Shown: positions 1-11,066 of the stretch, one piece after another
Numbering within the stretch: the stretch's first letter is position 1
Layout: each line of letters begins with the position of its first letter
Assembly: GCA_051294905.1 (NCBI GenBank)
Contig: CM119371.1
Span: forward strand, 4,032,001 to 4,096,000
Length of the DNA stretch: 64,000 bases
Source: Botryllus schlosseri
Lineage: Eukaryota
Direction: 5' to 3'
Translations under genes and position numbers: made by a program
The notes under the pieces: generated by a model
Seen by the model: only the letters and a program-made list of their open reading frames with translations
Database searches by the model: none
Told to the model about the DNA's origin: nothing

Positions 1-400
1 GACATTACCGAGAATCGACACCACAGAGAATGGACATTACCGAGAATTGACACCACAGAGAATGGACAGAACCGAGAATTGACACCACAGAGAATGGACA
101 TTACCGAGAATTGACACCACAGAGAATGGACAGAACCGAGAATTGACACCACAGAGAATGGACATTACCGAGAATTGACAAAACAGAGAATGGACAGAAC
201 CGAGAATTGACACCACAGAGAATTGACATTACCGAGAATTGACACCACCGAGAATGGACATTACCGAGAATGGACACCACAGAGAATGGACATTGCCGAG
301 AATGGACACCACCGAGAATGGTCATTACCGAGAATATGAGCAATACCGAGAATGGACATTATCGAGAATGGACATTACCGAGAATTGCCAATGTCGAGAA
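1..400 (+). repeat. Minisatellite arm of the MULE: 16-bp units GAGAATGGACATTACC / GAGAATTGACACCACA / GAGAATGGACAGAACC, often alternating as a 32-bp dimer
   Basis: Directly visible tandem units sharing the core GAGAAT; reverse complement of the array at 6767-7490. Confidence 0.95.
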
Positions 401-1720
401 TCTATCTTACTGAGACGAACGTTGTCGGGAAAATTATACCTGCGAATTGACACCGAATGTGGCAACGCCGTGATGCACATACACGCGATCTGTACCTACA
501 TATGCATGACATGCCTGCATGAGTGCATGCATAAATTGTACACGCGAACTCATAGTCCTAAAGCATATGATCATCAATCAATGGGGTTGGTTTTAAAGCG
601 GTTTTACAATATCAGATGATTGTCTACAACGTTTCCGATTCGTGTAAAAACCGTGACATACGAATTAGCCTACTCCGCTTCACTGATACGGAAATCTGGA
701 GCATCCAGTTGTCATGCATATCTCAAAAGAGTATAATATGGTTGAAATCGACAAGTCATCAACTCTCACAGAGCTCGCAAAGGGAGTAACAAATATGCTG
801 GCAAATCATGGTCTACATTTTTCATTTGCGGCATGAGCCTACTCATTTTCAGTAGACGGTTAGTCATTCTATAGATTGGTCAACATATATGTTTAGGCTG
901 ACGCGATAATTCATATGTTTAGGCTGACGCGATAATTCGGGAATAGAGTGTATCAAGTAGACAAGAATTAATATTGGTAGCAGATGATTACTATGGAGAA
1001 AGTGCGTATTTAATCAGTAGTGACCGTCACGAAAATCTGGCTCACGAATTATTGTAAGAGAACGTGTCTTTTGGTGATTCTGGGCGCAAACACAATTTAA
1101 TGTAGGGCGTAGATAATGAAGTTGGGTTGATTAAAAATTCTATTATCGCGTTCATCAGGATTGAACAGCACAAGATAAAGAAACTTCGTTGATCGCTGCG
1201 TATACAATTAACCGAAGTACATTTTTCATCTAAAGCAGTTAGCAAACCTAGACAAACTGTACACTGCGTAATATTCCTACGCAGAAATATATTCGATTAT
1301 GACCGTGACGATTGTGATTCCTAGGTAATGGCTTCGCTCAACAATCGGACAATCAACGAATTATGCACTTACCTTTGTAATGCAATATATCATATCTATA
1401 TTCAATGATACGTTGCGTCGCTGTACCGTACTAATTGGACCCGAATTTCATTTCGCGATGATGATAATTCTACCTGTTACAATCGCAGAATATTGTATCA
1501 GTAGGCTGCCGTTTTACTCAGCAACCTGACAACTGACAGCCAACCATTACGCTATCTTGCAGATAGTCACGCTATATTTCCTTGTCGCTCCTTTCCTACT
1601 GTTTTAAAGCTTCTACGGCTAGCAAAAATAAGAGACTGAGAAGTTCTGAATTTACTGTAAGCCCAGAAACTCTAGTTCCAACATTATAAGCAATCATGTT
1701 CCAGGTTATTTGCATTTTAT

Positions 1721-2798
1721 GGTTCCCTACTATTACCGAGAATGCTATTACCGAGATGGACATTACCGAGAAGGCTATCACCGAGAATGGACATTGCCGA
1801 GAACGGACAATACCGAGAATGGACATTACCGAGAATGGACAATACCGAGAATGGACATTACCGTGATTGGACAATACCGAGAATGGACATTACCGAGAAT
1901 GGACATTTCCGAGAATGACATTACCGAGAATGCTATTACCGAGAACGGACATTACCGAGAATGCTATTACCGAGAATAGACAATACCGAGAATGGACATT
2001 AGCGAGAATGCTATTACCGAGAATGGACATTACCGAGAATGCTATTACCGAGAATGGACATTACCGAAAATGGACAATACCGAGAATGGACATTACCGAG
2101 AATGCTATTACCGAAAATGGACATTACCGAGAACGGACTTTGCCGTAACATATTTGATGGGACTGACACTGTATGACTATGGTACCGAACACAGTGGAAT
2201 TGGAGACGACCAAAGTACCCGTAGACGTGTAACACGTGTAGCAAAACAAATCTAGGTCATTGCGACACTGTCTGTCTAGCTACATCACTCATTTTTATAA
2301 CATACGTCTGTACAGCAAAGGGGGAGATCGCTTATCGCGTCGACACCCTCGGGTCGTATCTGGGACGTGAGGTCGCCGAGCATTAGTGCGCCAAAGTGTA
2401 TTGTCGGTAATGGTCATTCTCGGTAATGTCCATTCTCGGTAATGGTCATTCTCGGTAATGGCATTCTCGGTAATAGGCATTCTCGGTAATAGCTTTCTCG
2501 GTAATAGCCATTCTCGGTAATAGAATTCTCGGTAATGTCCATTCTCTGTAATGGTCATTCTCGGTAATAGACATTCTCGGTAATAGTGTTCTCGGTAATA
2601 GCCATTCTCGGTAATAGCCATTCTCGGTAATAGTATTCTCAGTATTGTCCATTCTCAGTGATGTCCATTCTCGGTATTGTCCATTCTCGGTAATGTCCAT
2701 TCTCGGTATTGTCCATTCTCGGTAATGTCCATTCTCGGTATTGTCCTTCTCGGTAATAGCATTCTCGGTAATAGCATTCTCGGTATTGTCCGGATACG
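1721..2798. mobile_element. Non-autonomous MULE/foldback MITE nested in the larger element
   Basis: 9-bp TSD GCATTTTAT at 1712-1720 and 2799-2807. Inverted arrays of 15-16-bp CCGAGAAT units at ~1731-2140 (+) and ~2401-2790 (-) surround a ~260-bp unique core. Right end TCGGTATTGTCCGGATACG resembles the host element end. Confidence 0.9.
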
Positions 2799-2934
2799 GC
2801 ATTTTATTACTTGTCTGTAGCATGCTAAAATGAAACATCCAGAGGATAAATAGGTACAGCGGTGATCACCAACACAGACTTGGCGTTTCTTCATCAGAAA
2901 GGATGCTAAATATGTGGTGATCGCTATTATCTAT

Positions 2935-5754
2935 TTATTCACTTAGATTGTATGCCACTCTAGGCAGAAAATCTGTAGTCATGTCGGTTAACCACGCTTC
3001 ATCACAAAGCCGCTTCAATTTGTCGCTAATGTCGACGTATTTTTTCTTTCTTTTAGGCGTTGCCTGGCCTGTGGAAGTTTGTAACAGCTGCACTCGATTT
3101 TGCATGACATCCATCCTTCAAAAATATATGTATATTCAAGTTGAAACCAAGTACACATATACATCTTCCATTGTTTATACTCACTTTATACACTCTAAAA
3201 ATTTCCAAATGGTTACGTGACATCCTCCAACTAGAACGCGGAAGCCGTGATGCCATCCTTCAACAGAATTGTTGGTTCGGTGCATGCCATCGATGGTACG
3301 TTATCGCACATTCCAAATGCTGGGTGGGAACAGCGGCCGCCTATTACTGCCTTGTTGATCATTCGTGATACCTAAGCAGAAACAATAATGAGTTAAATAC
3401 TTCATATATTCGCGAAGCAAATCTGTACTATCAATGTTTGATATAATGTGGTAATGAAAAGACGTTAGTCATGGACAATTCGCAAAAGTGTCATCAATCA
3501 AAAATGCTATACTATCTTACACTGATTCAAACCTGATGACGCAATACAAAATAATCCAGATCAGCAAGAATTTCAATGTGGCCAATCCAATCTGCAACAG
3601 TGAAAAAGATTGCATCTGTTAATATAGCCTACCTATATATGTGTCCCTGAAATAATTAGCCAAGTCTTCGGCAAAACTTGGCCAGCCTGAGTTGGAAGAA
3701 GTCAATATTTCGAAGCACTGTTTGACGTCGCACTCGGGCACAAAAGCAAGGGCCGTCAAGCACTTCACCTGAAAGTAATCATCCCGTTTTACACTTAGCG
3801 TTGACGCCGTAGCTAAAATGAACGCCTACCTGAGCGGAGAAACCGGAATTAGATTGATACTCAGTTTTCAAACCTAATTCCTGGACCTTTCTCTGCACAT
3901 TTTGGCTCAAATGAAATAGGCAGCCCGTGATTTTAATGTTCGGAAATACTTCCGAGAATGCTCGAATCGCTGAGGATTCAAAGTCGTGCATAAGTGTTGT
4001 CGGATTCAAGTCTGGCCTTCTTTGTTTTAGCACCTGTTGATATAGGAATAGGCTAATCAGTTACGCATAGTCGAATATGCAGACTCACTGCTCATGCAGG
4101 TGTAGCGCTCTACACATGTTTGTAAACCCATCGAAACGACGTCTATGATTTACCTGCAGTAACCCTTTGTACATGGATACGTCTTTATGGGTCAAGAGAG
4201 CGAAAACTCCAGGGACAGTTTCATGATCTTTTGTAAAATGGATGGTGTACATCTGATGGAAGAGATTTGGCACAGTTTTAAATGTGCCGTCGGCGTGCCA
4301 TTCTGTGTATCTGGTGAATAATCGAGAATAAGGCAGAAGAAAAACAACCCTTTTAAAAATGCTTAGTATGAAATTAGCAGCAGTGCGACAATACAATAGA
4401 TTAGCTAACGGTTGTTGCTATATACATTACATAGAAAGACATCACCAAACCAAAATATTAACGATAACGGCACTCCACTATAGAAATATATACATTGGCC
4501 TACGCTGCTCAGACATGTGCAACGTATCGAATTAATAAAAAAGCGAGATATGTCCTTACCTTGTCATGTTTTCTAGTAATGTATCATTAGAAAAGACGAT
4601 AAATCTCCTGTTACTGGCTGATCGCCCGCTGTCATACAGGACCAGATTTTCCCCTCCGGATGTTTCCAAGGTACCAATCTCCAGTACTTTGGTAGAGAGG
4701 GCTGAAAGCAATGTAACTGAAATATATTTCATTTTAACAAATAGCTAATATTATTTCTATACTTTACCGCTTGATTATTTCTGTATCTAACACGACGTAT
4801 GGCTCGTTTTACGGCTTCTTTCCTCCCCATCGCAATTGCCCCTGAGGGACTTAATTGTGCGGATGCCATTACAGAGGCATATATTTTCGATGGTGCTTCG
4901 TTGCTTACGGAACCTTGGATTTTTATTCTAAATAGAGACTGTTAGCTGATCCCAAAGAAAATGCCATTCTTGGTAAGCACTATAATAAACTTGCAACATA
5001 CGTTAGCGTCATGGCAAGTAAACATATCGAAAGACCAGCTTCAAACGTAATGAAACTTGACGTCATCATAGCACAATTCGAGGACTGCATTCAAAAATAG
5101 ACTTGAAGGTTTGTTGCCATGTGTGGGTAACAAACTATTTATTGAATCATTTTACTTTACCACCATTTATCAGGATTTTTCCTGTTTCATATATTTAATT
5201 CCAGCGTCTAGTTTTGTGAATAACATTCAACCATTTCAAATTCAAATGCAACCCCCGAAAACGCGGTTGATCACTACTCTTTATGCATTCGGTTCACAAA
5301 CGGTATTGCGCTATTCACGAACGAGCCGAAATAGCAAACGGGAAACTCAATGTTATTAGTGACTTTGTTGGAACGTGTTTCGCGGTCTCGAAAAATTGTC
5401 TCGCGGACCCCAGTTTGAGAACCACTGGTCTGGCTAGACGTGAATACATTTCCCATAAAACGATATTGAAATAACATCATACCTTTGAACCATTTCTTTT
5501 GCCTCTACTATGCCAAACGTAGCACAGTGATTGTGTTCTTGAGATTGCTTCAGAATGATTGGTGGCTCTGATCCTTCAAGGACTTTCAATGAACACCGAC
5601 ATTTTTTTCTGTCATAATGCGTGCATATCCAGTACGAAGTACCATTCGAAACTTTCATTCTCCTAAATACGAACTCGCCAACAGCGATCAACTTATTTCC
5701 TCGGGTCGAAGTAATGTATTTTGCTAATACATTAGATCCTGATTGTTCTGCCAT
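2935..5754 (-). pseudogene. FLYWCH-MULE transposase, 8 exons (5754-5483, 4927-4768, 4701-4560, 4310-4154, 4033-3830, 3768-3633, 3371-3185, 3115-2935), about 479 aa when repaired
   Basis: FLYWCH finger (FVFRR..SYWIC..CRC..HNH) and MULE motifs WHADGTFKTVP, MHDFE, GCLFH, RTNNSVEGWH; basic C-terminal patch PKRKKKY. All introns are GT-AG and phases match, except exon 3 is 1 nt short (frameshift). In-frame TAA at 3301-3303. Confidence 0.9.
5365..5429. mobile_element. hAT-Charlie-type MITE end inside intron 1 of the MULE transposase
   Basis: Terminal ...CGCGGACCCCAGTTTGAGAACCACTG matches other CAGTGGTTCTCAA-type ends in the window. Confidence 0.6.
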
Positions 5755-6766
5755 TTCGTCGTCCACCTCCCTTAGCTGACCAACACCTGTCATGACTTTT
5801 AGTCGTAAAGCATGTGATTGACCGATACGGTTGGTTTTAAAACAGCTGATTGTCTCGAACACTCCACATTAGTGTGGTGATGATACCGCAACTACGGCAT
5901 AACATTGAATAATTTCGCTTCACTGGCGCCCAAATCTGTAACAACCTGCTGTGATTCTAATCTTAAAAGAGCATAATATGATTAAGAGCCACTAAAGAAA
6001 CTATGGTTCGATAAGGAATTCCATCGCTTCACTGGCATGGATACCTCTATTAACCCATCAACCTGCTGTGATTCGTATCTCAATTCGTTTTATCTGCTTG
6101 GAAGCGAAAAGGCAAACTATGACACAATAGTTTTCTTCAAAGGAACGGATATCTGTAATACTAGCGGAACTCATCGAGCTGCTGTGATTGGTATGAAGCA
6201 AGAAGGCATCAATTCTTTCAAATCTCGAAAAGGGGATAAACAAGTATCTAGGCGGATCATGGCCTACATTTTCGGTTGATGCAGCTTAGTCATTTTCAGC
6301 AAACGGTTGGCTTTAGGCTACTAGTAATGTCCTCTCAATAATGTTTACTTTGCTCGACTTAGAAAGCCTTATAAGGCTATTCTGCACCTTCCCCTTCCAG
6401 CAGCATATTGTTATTATTAATTGTTAATTGTTGAGAAGGAAACAATGCGACGCTTATCACCTTATCGGTGGCAGAAAGTAGTACGAGACATTTTACAGTA
6501 AACGGGTTAGATTACCACATTTCTGTCCTGTCTCATATGCACAATGCCTATAATGCACGCATGTTATGCATATGCACATTGCACAAACACAAATCGTATG
6601 TGCATCACTCTCTAATTTTTCATGAGGCTGCGCGCACTCCCCAACTCACTGCGCGGTCCCTTGGACAACAGCGCGTAACAACTATAAATAACATTGATCC
6701 CAACGTCGTGATATTAGGTATTTTCTGGTTTAGATTTCACGATATTCTTCATATTCGGAAATATAC

Positions 6767-7490
6767 ATTCTCGGTAATGGCAATTCTCGGTGGTGTCCAT
6801 TCTCTTTGATGTCCATTCTCGGTATTGTCCATATTCTCGGTAATGACCATTCTCTGTGGTGTCCATTCTCGGTAATCTACATTCTCTGTAATGTCAATAT
6901 TCTCGGTAATGTCCATTCCCGGTATTTTCAATATTCTCGGTAATGTCCATTCTCTGTTGTGTCAATTCTCGGTAGCGTCCATTCTCTGTGGTGTCAATTC
7001 TCGGTTCTGTCCATTCTCTGTGGTGTCAATTCTCGGTAATGTCCATTCTCTGTGGTGTCAATTCTCGGTTCTGTCCATTCTCTGTGGTGTCAATTCTCGG
7101 TAATGTCCATTCTCTGTGGTGTCAATTCTCGGTAATGTCCATTCTCTGTGGTGTCCATTCTCGGTAATGTCCATTCTCTGTGGTGTCAATTCTCGGTAAT
7201 GTCCATTCTCTGTGGTGTCAATTCTCGGTAATGTCCATTCTCTGTTGTGTCCATTCTCGGTAATGTCCATTCTCTGTGGTGTCAATTCTCGGCAATGTCC
7301 ATTCTCTGTGGTGTCCATTCTCGGCAATGTCCATTCTCTGTGGTGTCAATTCTCGGTAGCGTCCATTCTCTGTGGTGTCCATTCTCGGTAATGTCCATTC
7401 TCGGTGGTGTCAATTCTCGCTAATGTCCATTCTCGGTGGTGTCCATTCTCGGTAATGGCATTCTCGGTAATGGTTTTCTCGGTATTGTCC
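6767..7490 (-). repeat. Minisatellite right arm of the MULE (ATTCTCGGTAATGTCC / ATTCTCTGTGGTGTCA units)
   Basis: Directly visible tandem array, inverse of 1-400. Confidence 0.95.
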
Positions 7491-7951
7491 GGACACCATC
7501 TCGGTTTACAGACTTCTACAGCGAGAAAATACATTCAAAACCGTATTTCTCGTTGGTAAATAAACTCTTTTAGAAGTTCGATCAGGTTTATTGTTTATCA
7601 TTTTGATTCTTTTGGCGAAAAGCGTATAATTTCAGTGCTAAATAAATCCTAACTCACCACTCGACTCAAAATCATTAGATAAAACACTCCATTAAGACCC
7701 AGTAGTAGATCATCGTGCCTAGCCTTAATGATCGTGGTTGTCTCGTGAACTAGAAAATTTTCAGTTTTTCCAAATTAGATTAGAATTAAAACTACTGTCT
7801 TTCCCAAATGTGCTTGGATTTAAAATTACAGCAACATAATGTTTTCAAACATTAGACTAGAATTAGCCTACTGAATTTGCAAAAAAGCTGATGCAATTGC
7901 GACTGCCACAGTTAGAGAGACATTGCAGTTGTAACGAGGAAATGCTTTTAC

Positions 7952-8100
7952 CCTTCTTTTGCACAACTCGAGAACGATGTCGACAAAATCCTTGCCCTGG
8001 AAGAATCCGTGAAATCAAACGACGTGCCTATGATTCAAACTTGGTGGAGACTGATCTCTCGACATATTTTGTCTTTCTGGCGATCAGCCGCGAGCAATGT
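7952..8100 (-). pseudogene. PLK1: Decayed PLK1-like kinase exon 2 copy (..HRHVV*FHGFFQGKDFVDIVLELCKRR)
   Basis: Resembles PLK1 [27 protein letters not shown]/GT splice sites; contains a stop and a frameshift. Confidence 0.8.
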
Positions 8101-8228
8101 CTGGAATACAGGTAATGTGTACTAGTTCTAGTTGTGAATCTTGAAAAGGGAGTAGTTCTAGTACTATTTGTGCATTTACAAAAATTTTAGTTCCTGATGG
8201 ATTGAAAACCAAGTGTCTTCGTTTAGGG

Positions 8229-9129
8229 CAGCGGTTCTCAACCTTTTTTGACACGCGCCCCCCTTGGCGATGGTAAACAAATTGCGCCCCACTGACCCCC
8301 TTACATTTATCGTCATGTCAAAAAGAGCATAATACTGAGGTGGGCAACCTTCTTGCTAATCATGGCATCATGGCCGCATTTCGATTACTTATGTAGCCTA
8401 AGGTCGCATTCCAGGGCATAGCCGCAATGAACGATCCGAACGCAAAATACCCATGGTAAACTGTCCATATCCATTTCCGGTGAACTCCGGACTATTTTAC
8501 TTTTCACAACGGCCTATTGTACGCACCGAAATCGCGAGTGGCGATGTTATGAATAGTTGCTGGGAGTGCAGACTGTCGCGCGGAGTGCAAATTTTTCAGA
8601 GCCGCGAGTGAATTGTTATTTCTTGAGGATTCCCATTCCTGCTCCAATTAAGAAGGGCGCTACAGCATTAAAATCGAAAAATGAAGCCTTGTTGAATTGC
8701 GCGGAGCGCAAAGAAAATTTCAAGATTAAATATACTCTCTTGAAAATTCGGGAGTGAATTCGTAATTGCAATTTGCATGTCTACGGCTGCCAACACATAT
8801 TAATTGAATTAGGCGTCGACGGCCGCACAAATTCCCTTCTACTGCCGCATGTGGCCATACGGGCAGCCCACCCCTGATCTAATAGTATACATAAGGTATA
8901 TCTTACGCCAATTTTAAATCCGCATTCCAGTTGTTTACTCTTTTACATTACTGACAAACTTCCCTAAACTTGTTTGAAAATAACAAAAAAATATTGAAAA
9001 GGACATCAATTAATTTCAAGGTAGGTTGCACCGAGACTAATCCTGATGCTGGTAGTGACTACAGAGAGAACGGCGCCGTTCTGTCCTGCCATGCCCAATT
9101 TGATCAGCCCCCCAGGTTGAGAACCCCTG
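8229..9129. mobile_element. hAT-Charlie-type MITE with a nested second MITE (~8335-8876)
   Basis: TIRs CAGCGGTTCTCAACC / GGTTGAGAACCCCTG; 8-bp TSD GTTTAGGG (8221-8228) vs GTTTAGGA (9130-9137). Inner element ends CTGAGGTGGGCAACC / GCAGCCCACCCCTG. Confidence 0.8.
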
Positions 9130-9764
9130 GTTTAGGATGAATTATACTGGTGTGGTACCTATTTTTGCAGTCTGTGACATTGCTGCAGGTTGATCACGAC
9201 AACACAGATATGACTTCTCCACTAGCGTGGGTATAGTTTCTACTACATTTTTTGTATGCTGCAATACGACCAATCTGGGTTTACAGATATTCACAGTGGA
9301 AAATACATTTGAATCCATAACTCTCAGTAAGTTCAGTTAGTTTTATTGTTGACTTTTGTGGCATATACTTCAAAATTCTAAAATTTCATAGCTCACTACT
9401 TGACTAGAATGATTGTGTCCAGCCCTAATGGTCAGAATTGTCTATCAAGAAAATTTTGAGCTTTTCCAAACTGGCTTAGAATCAAAATTATCTGTAGCCT
9501 ACACAATTTATTTCTCAATAAGATGATAATTAGAATTACAGCTGGTTTTTCCACTTGTACTTGGTATTAGAATTACAATGACGTAATTTTGTTTTACAAA
9601 TTAGCCTAGAATTACTGAATTCGCAAACGAAATACACCAAAAATCGGTTAAATTGATATCAATTACTTGTTGAAGTCTGCTAGTAAGGAGCATTACAGAG
9701 CTGGTACATTTCTGAGCGCTATAGTTAGAGAGACAGTACAGTTGTAACACGGAAATGCTTTTAC

Positions 9765-9911
9765 CCTTCTTTCGCACCACTCGAGAACGATGTAGACAAA
9801 ATCCTAGTCGTGGAAGAATCCATGAAATCCAACGACGTGCTTGTGAGTTCAAACTGTGACGAAGATGATCTCTTGACATTTTGTCTTCCTCGTGATCATC
9901 CGCAGCAATGC
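9765..9911 (-). pseudogene. PLK1: Decayed PLK1-like exon 2 copy ([26 protein letters not shown])
   Basis: Paralog of 7952-8100 including flanking intron sequence; GT donor; in-frame stop. Confidence 0.8.
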
Positions 9912-10725
9912 CTGGAATTTAAATACCAGGTACTAGTGACAGGAGTGTCAGGAGGTGTATATTTTAATAAGGTATCCTGATTACCCGGCAGATTATATTG
10001 TTTGGCCAATCATATCGAGTCTGTATTATTGTTCGAAAGACATCAGCCATGAAAGATAAAAAAAAATATCAGCAATTTCCATGACAGCACAACATGGTAG
10101 CAGGCAGTCGGAGAACTATCATCAGCGATTGCTACAATATTCATCGATTTGTTATTCATCGCTGATACTCGAGTATAGGAGTAACGTCGTATGAAGTACA
10201 AGCAGAAGTAGCGATTCTGAAGTAGGCTATAAAGTAGGTATTCTAGGACTAGTTTTGCAAAAAAACTGTTACATAGAGGTATGCTAGTAGTTCAAAATAA
10301 TATCCCCTTAAGTGATCTGAGAAATAGTGCATGTCTACGCCACATCAAAATCTTCTTTAGTATTCTGACAAAGTAGAAGTACTCTTTTTACTGACCACTT
10401 TACAGGATTATAGCAACAAGCAAAGTTGTTCCAATAAAGGCTCTGAAGGTTTGGAAATGTTCCTCAACCTAGTTGCCATATTATTTTGTTATCGGCCGAG
10501 TATATCGGGCGTATCAGTGAAGGTGCTACTTATCGTTATCGGCTCAAATATACGATATCGGCCGTGCTCTAGTTATCATGAATGAGATTTGAGTACGCCA
10601 CTCAAAATGTAATACTCGATTATCTAGTTGTCCAAATCTGCTAGTAACGATCATTACATAGCTGATGCAATTCCGACCTCAACAGTTTGAGAGACATTGC
10701 AGCTGTAACAAGGAAATGTTCTTAC

Positions 10726-10860
10726 CCTTCTTTTGCACAACTCGAGAATGATGACGAAAAAATTATCGTCTTGGAAAAATCCGTGAAATCCAATGTGCTT
10801 GTGATTCCAGCTGCGATGGAGACTGATGTCTTGAAATTTTGTCTTTCTGATGGTCATTGC
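10726..10860 (-). pseudogene. PLK1: Decayed PLK1-like exon 2 copy ([36 protein letters not shown])
   Basis: ORF 10654-10857 matches PLK1 [30 protein letters not shown]; GTAAG donor. Confidence 0.85.
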
Positions 10861-11066
10861 CTGAAATTGCGATTCGCATAAATGGTCAATCTAGTTATGT
10901 GACGAGCAACAAACTGAATCTTTCTCTGACTAGCTCTATGTCTAATTGTGGACTCGGAAAAGTAAGTAGTTGTAGGCTTCTAGTTATAGTTGTACATTTT
11001 GGATATTGAGTCGTTATATGGTTGTTCAGTTTGAAAATCCAGTGTGGTAGCTTACCGGCCAACCAT

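Larger units (their letters stand above)
1..7497 (-). mobile_element. Mutator-superfamily DNA transposon (Phantom-like, FLYWCH+MULE); left end lies outside the window
   Basis: Minisatellite arrays in inverted orientation at 1-400 (+) and 6767-7490 (-) flank a spliced FLYWCH/MULE transposase gene. Right terminus ...TTCTCGGTATTGTCCGGACACC at 7497, followed directly by host repeat sequence. Confidence 0.85.

Noticed and set aside
101..2894. Repetitive ORFs such as MDITENGHYREWTLPR and FSVMSILGNVHSR (also 6749-7534)
   Set aside because: These are translations of a 15-16-bp minisatellite that cycles through frames on both strands; no evidence of coding.
1..7490. CRISPR-like appearance of the short repeat arrays
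   Set aside because: Units are head-to-tail with no unique spacers, there are no cas genes, and the context is eukaryotic. They are transposon arms.
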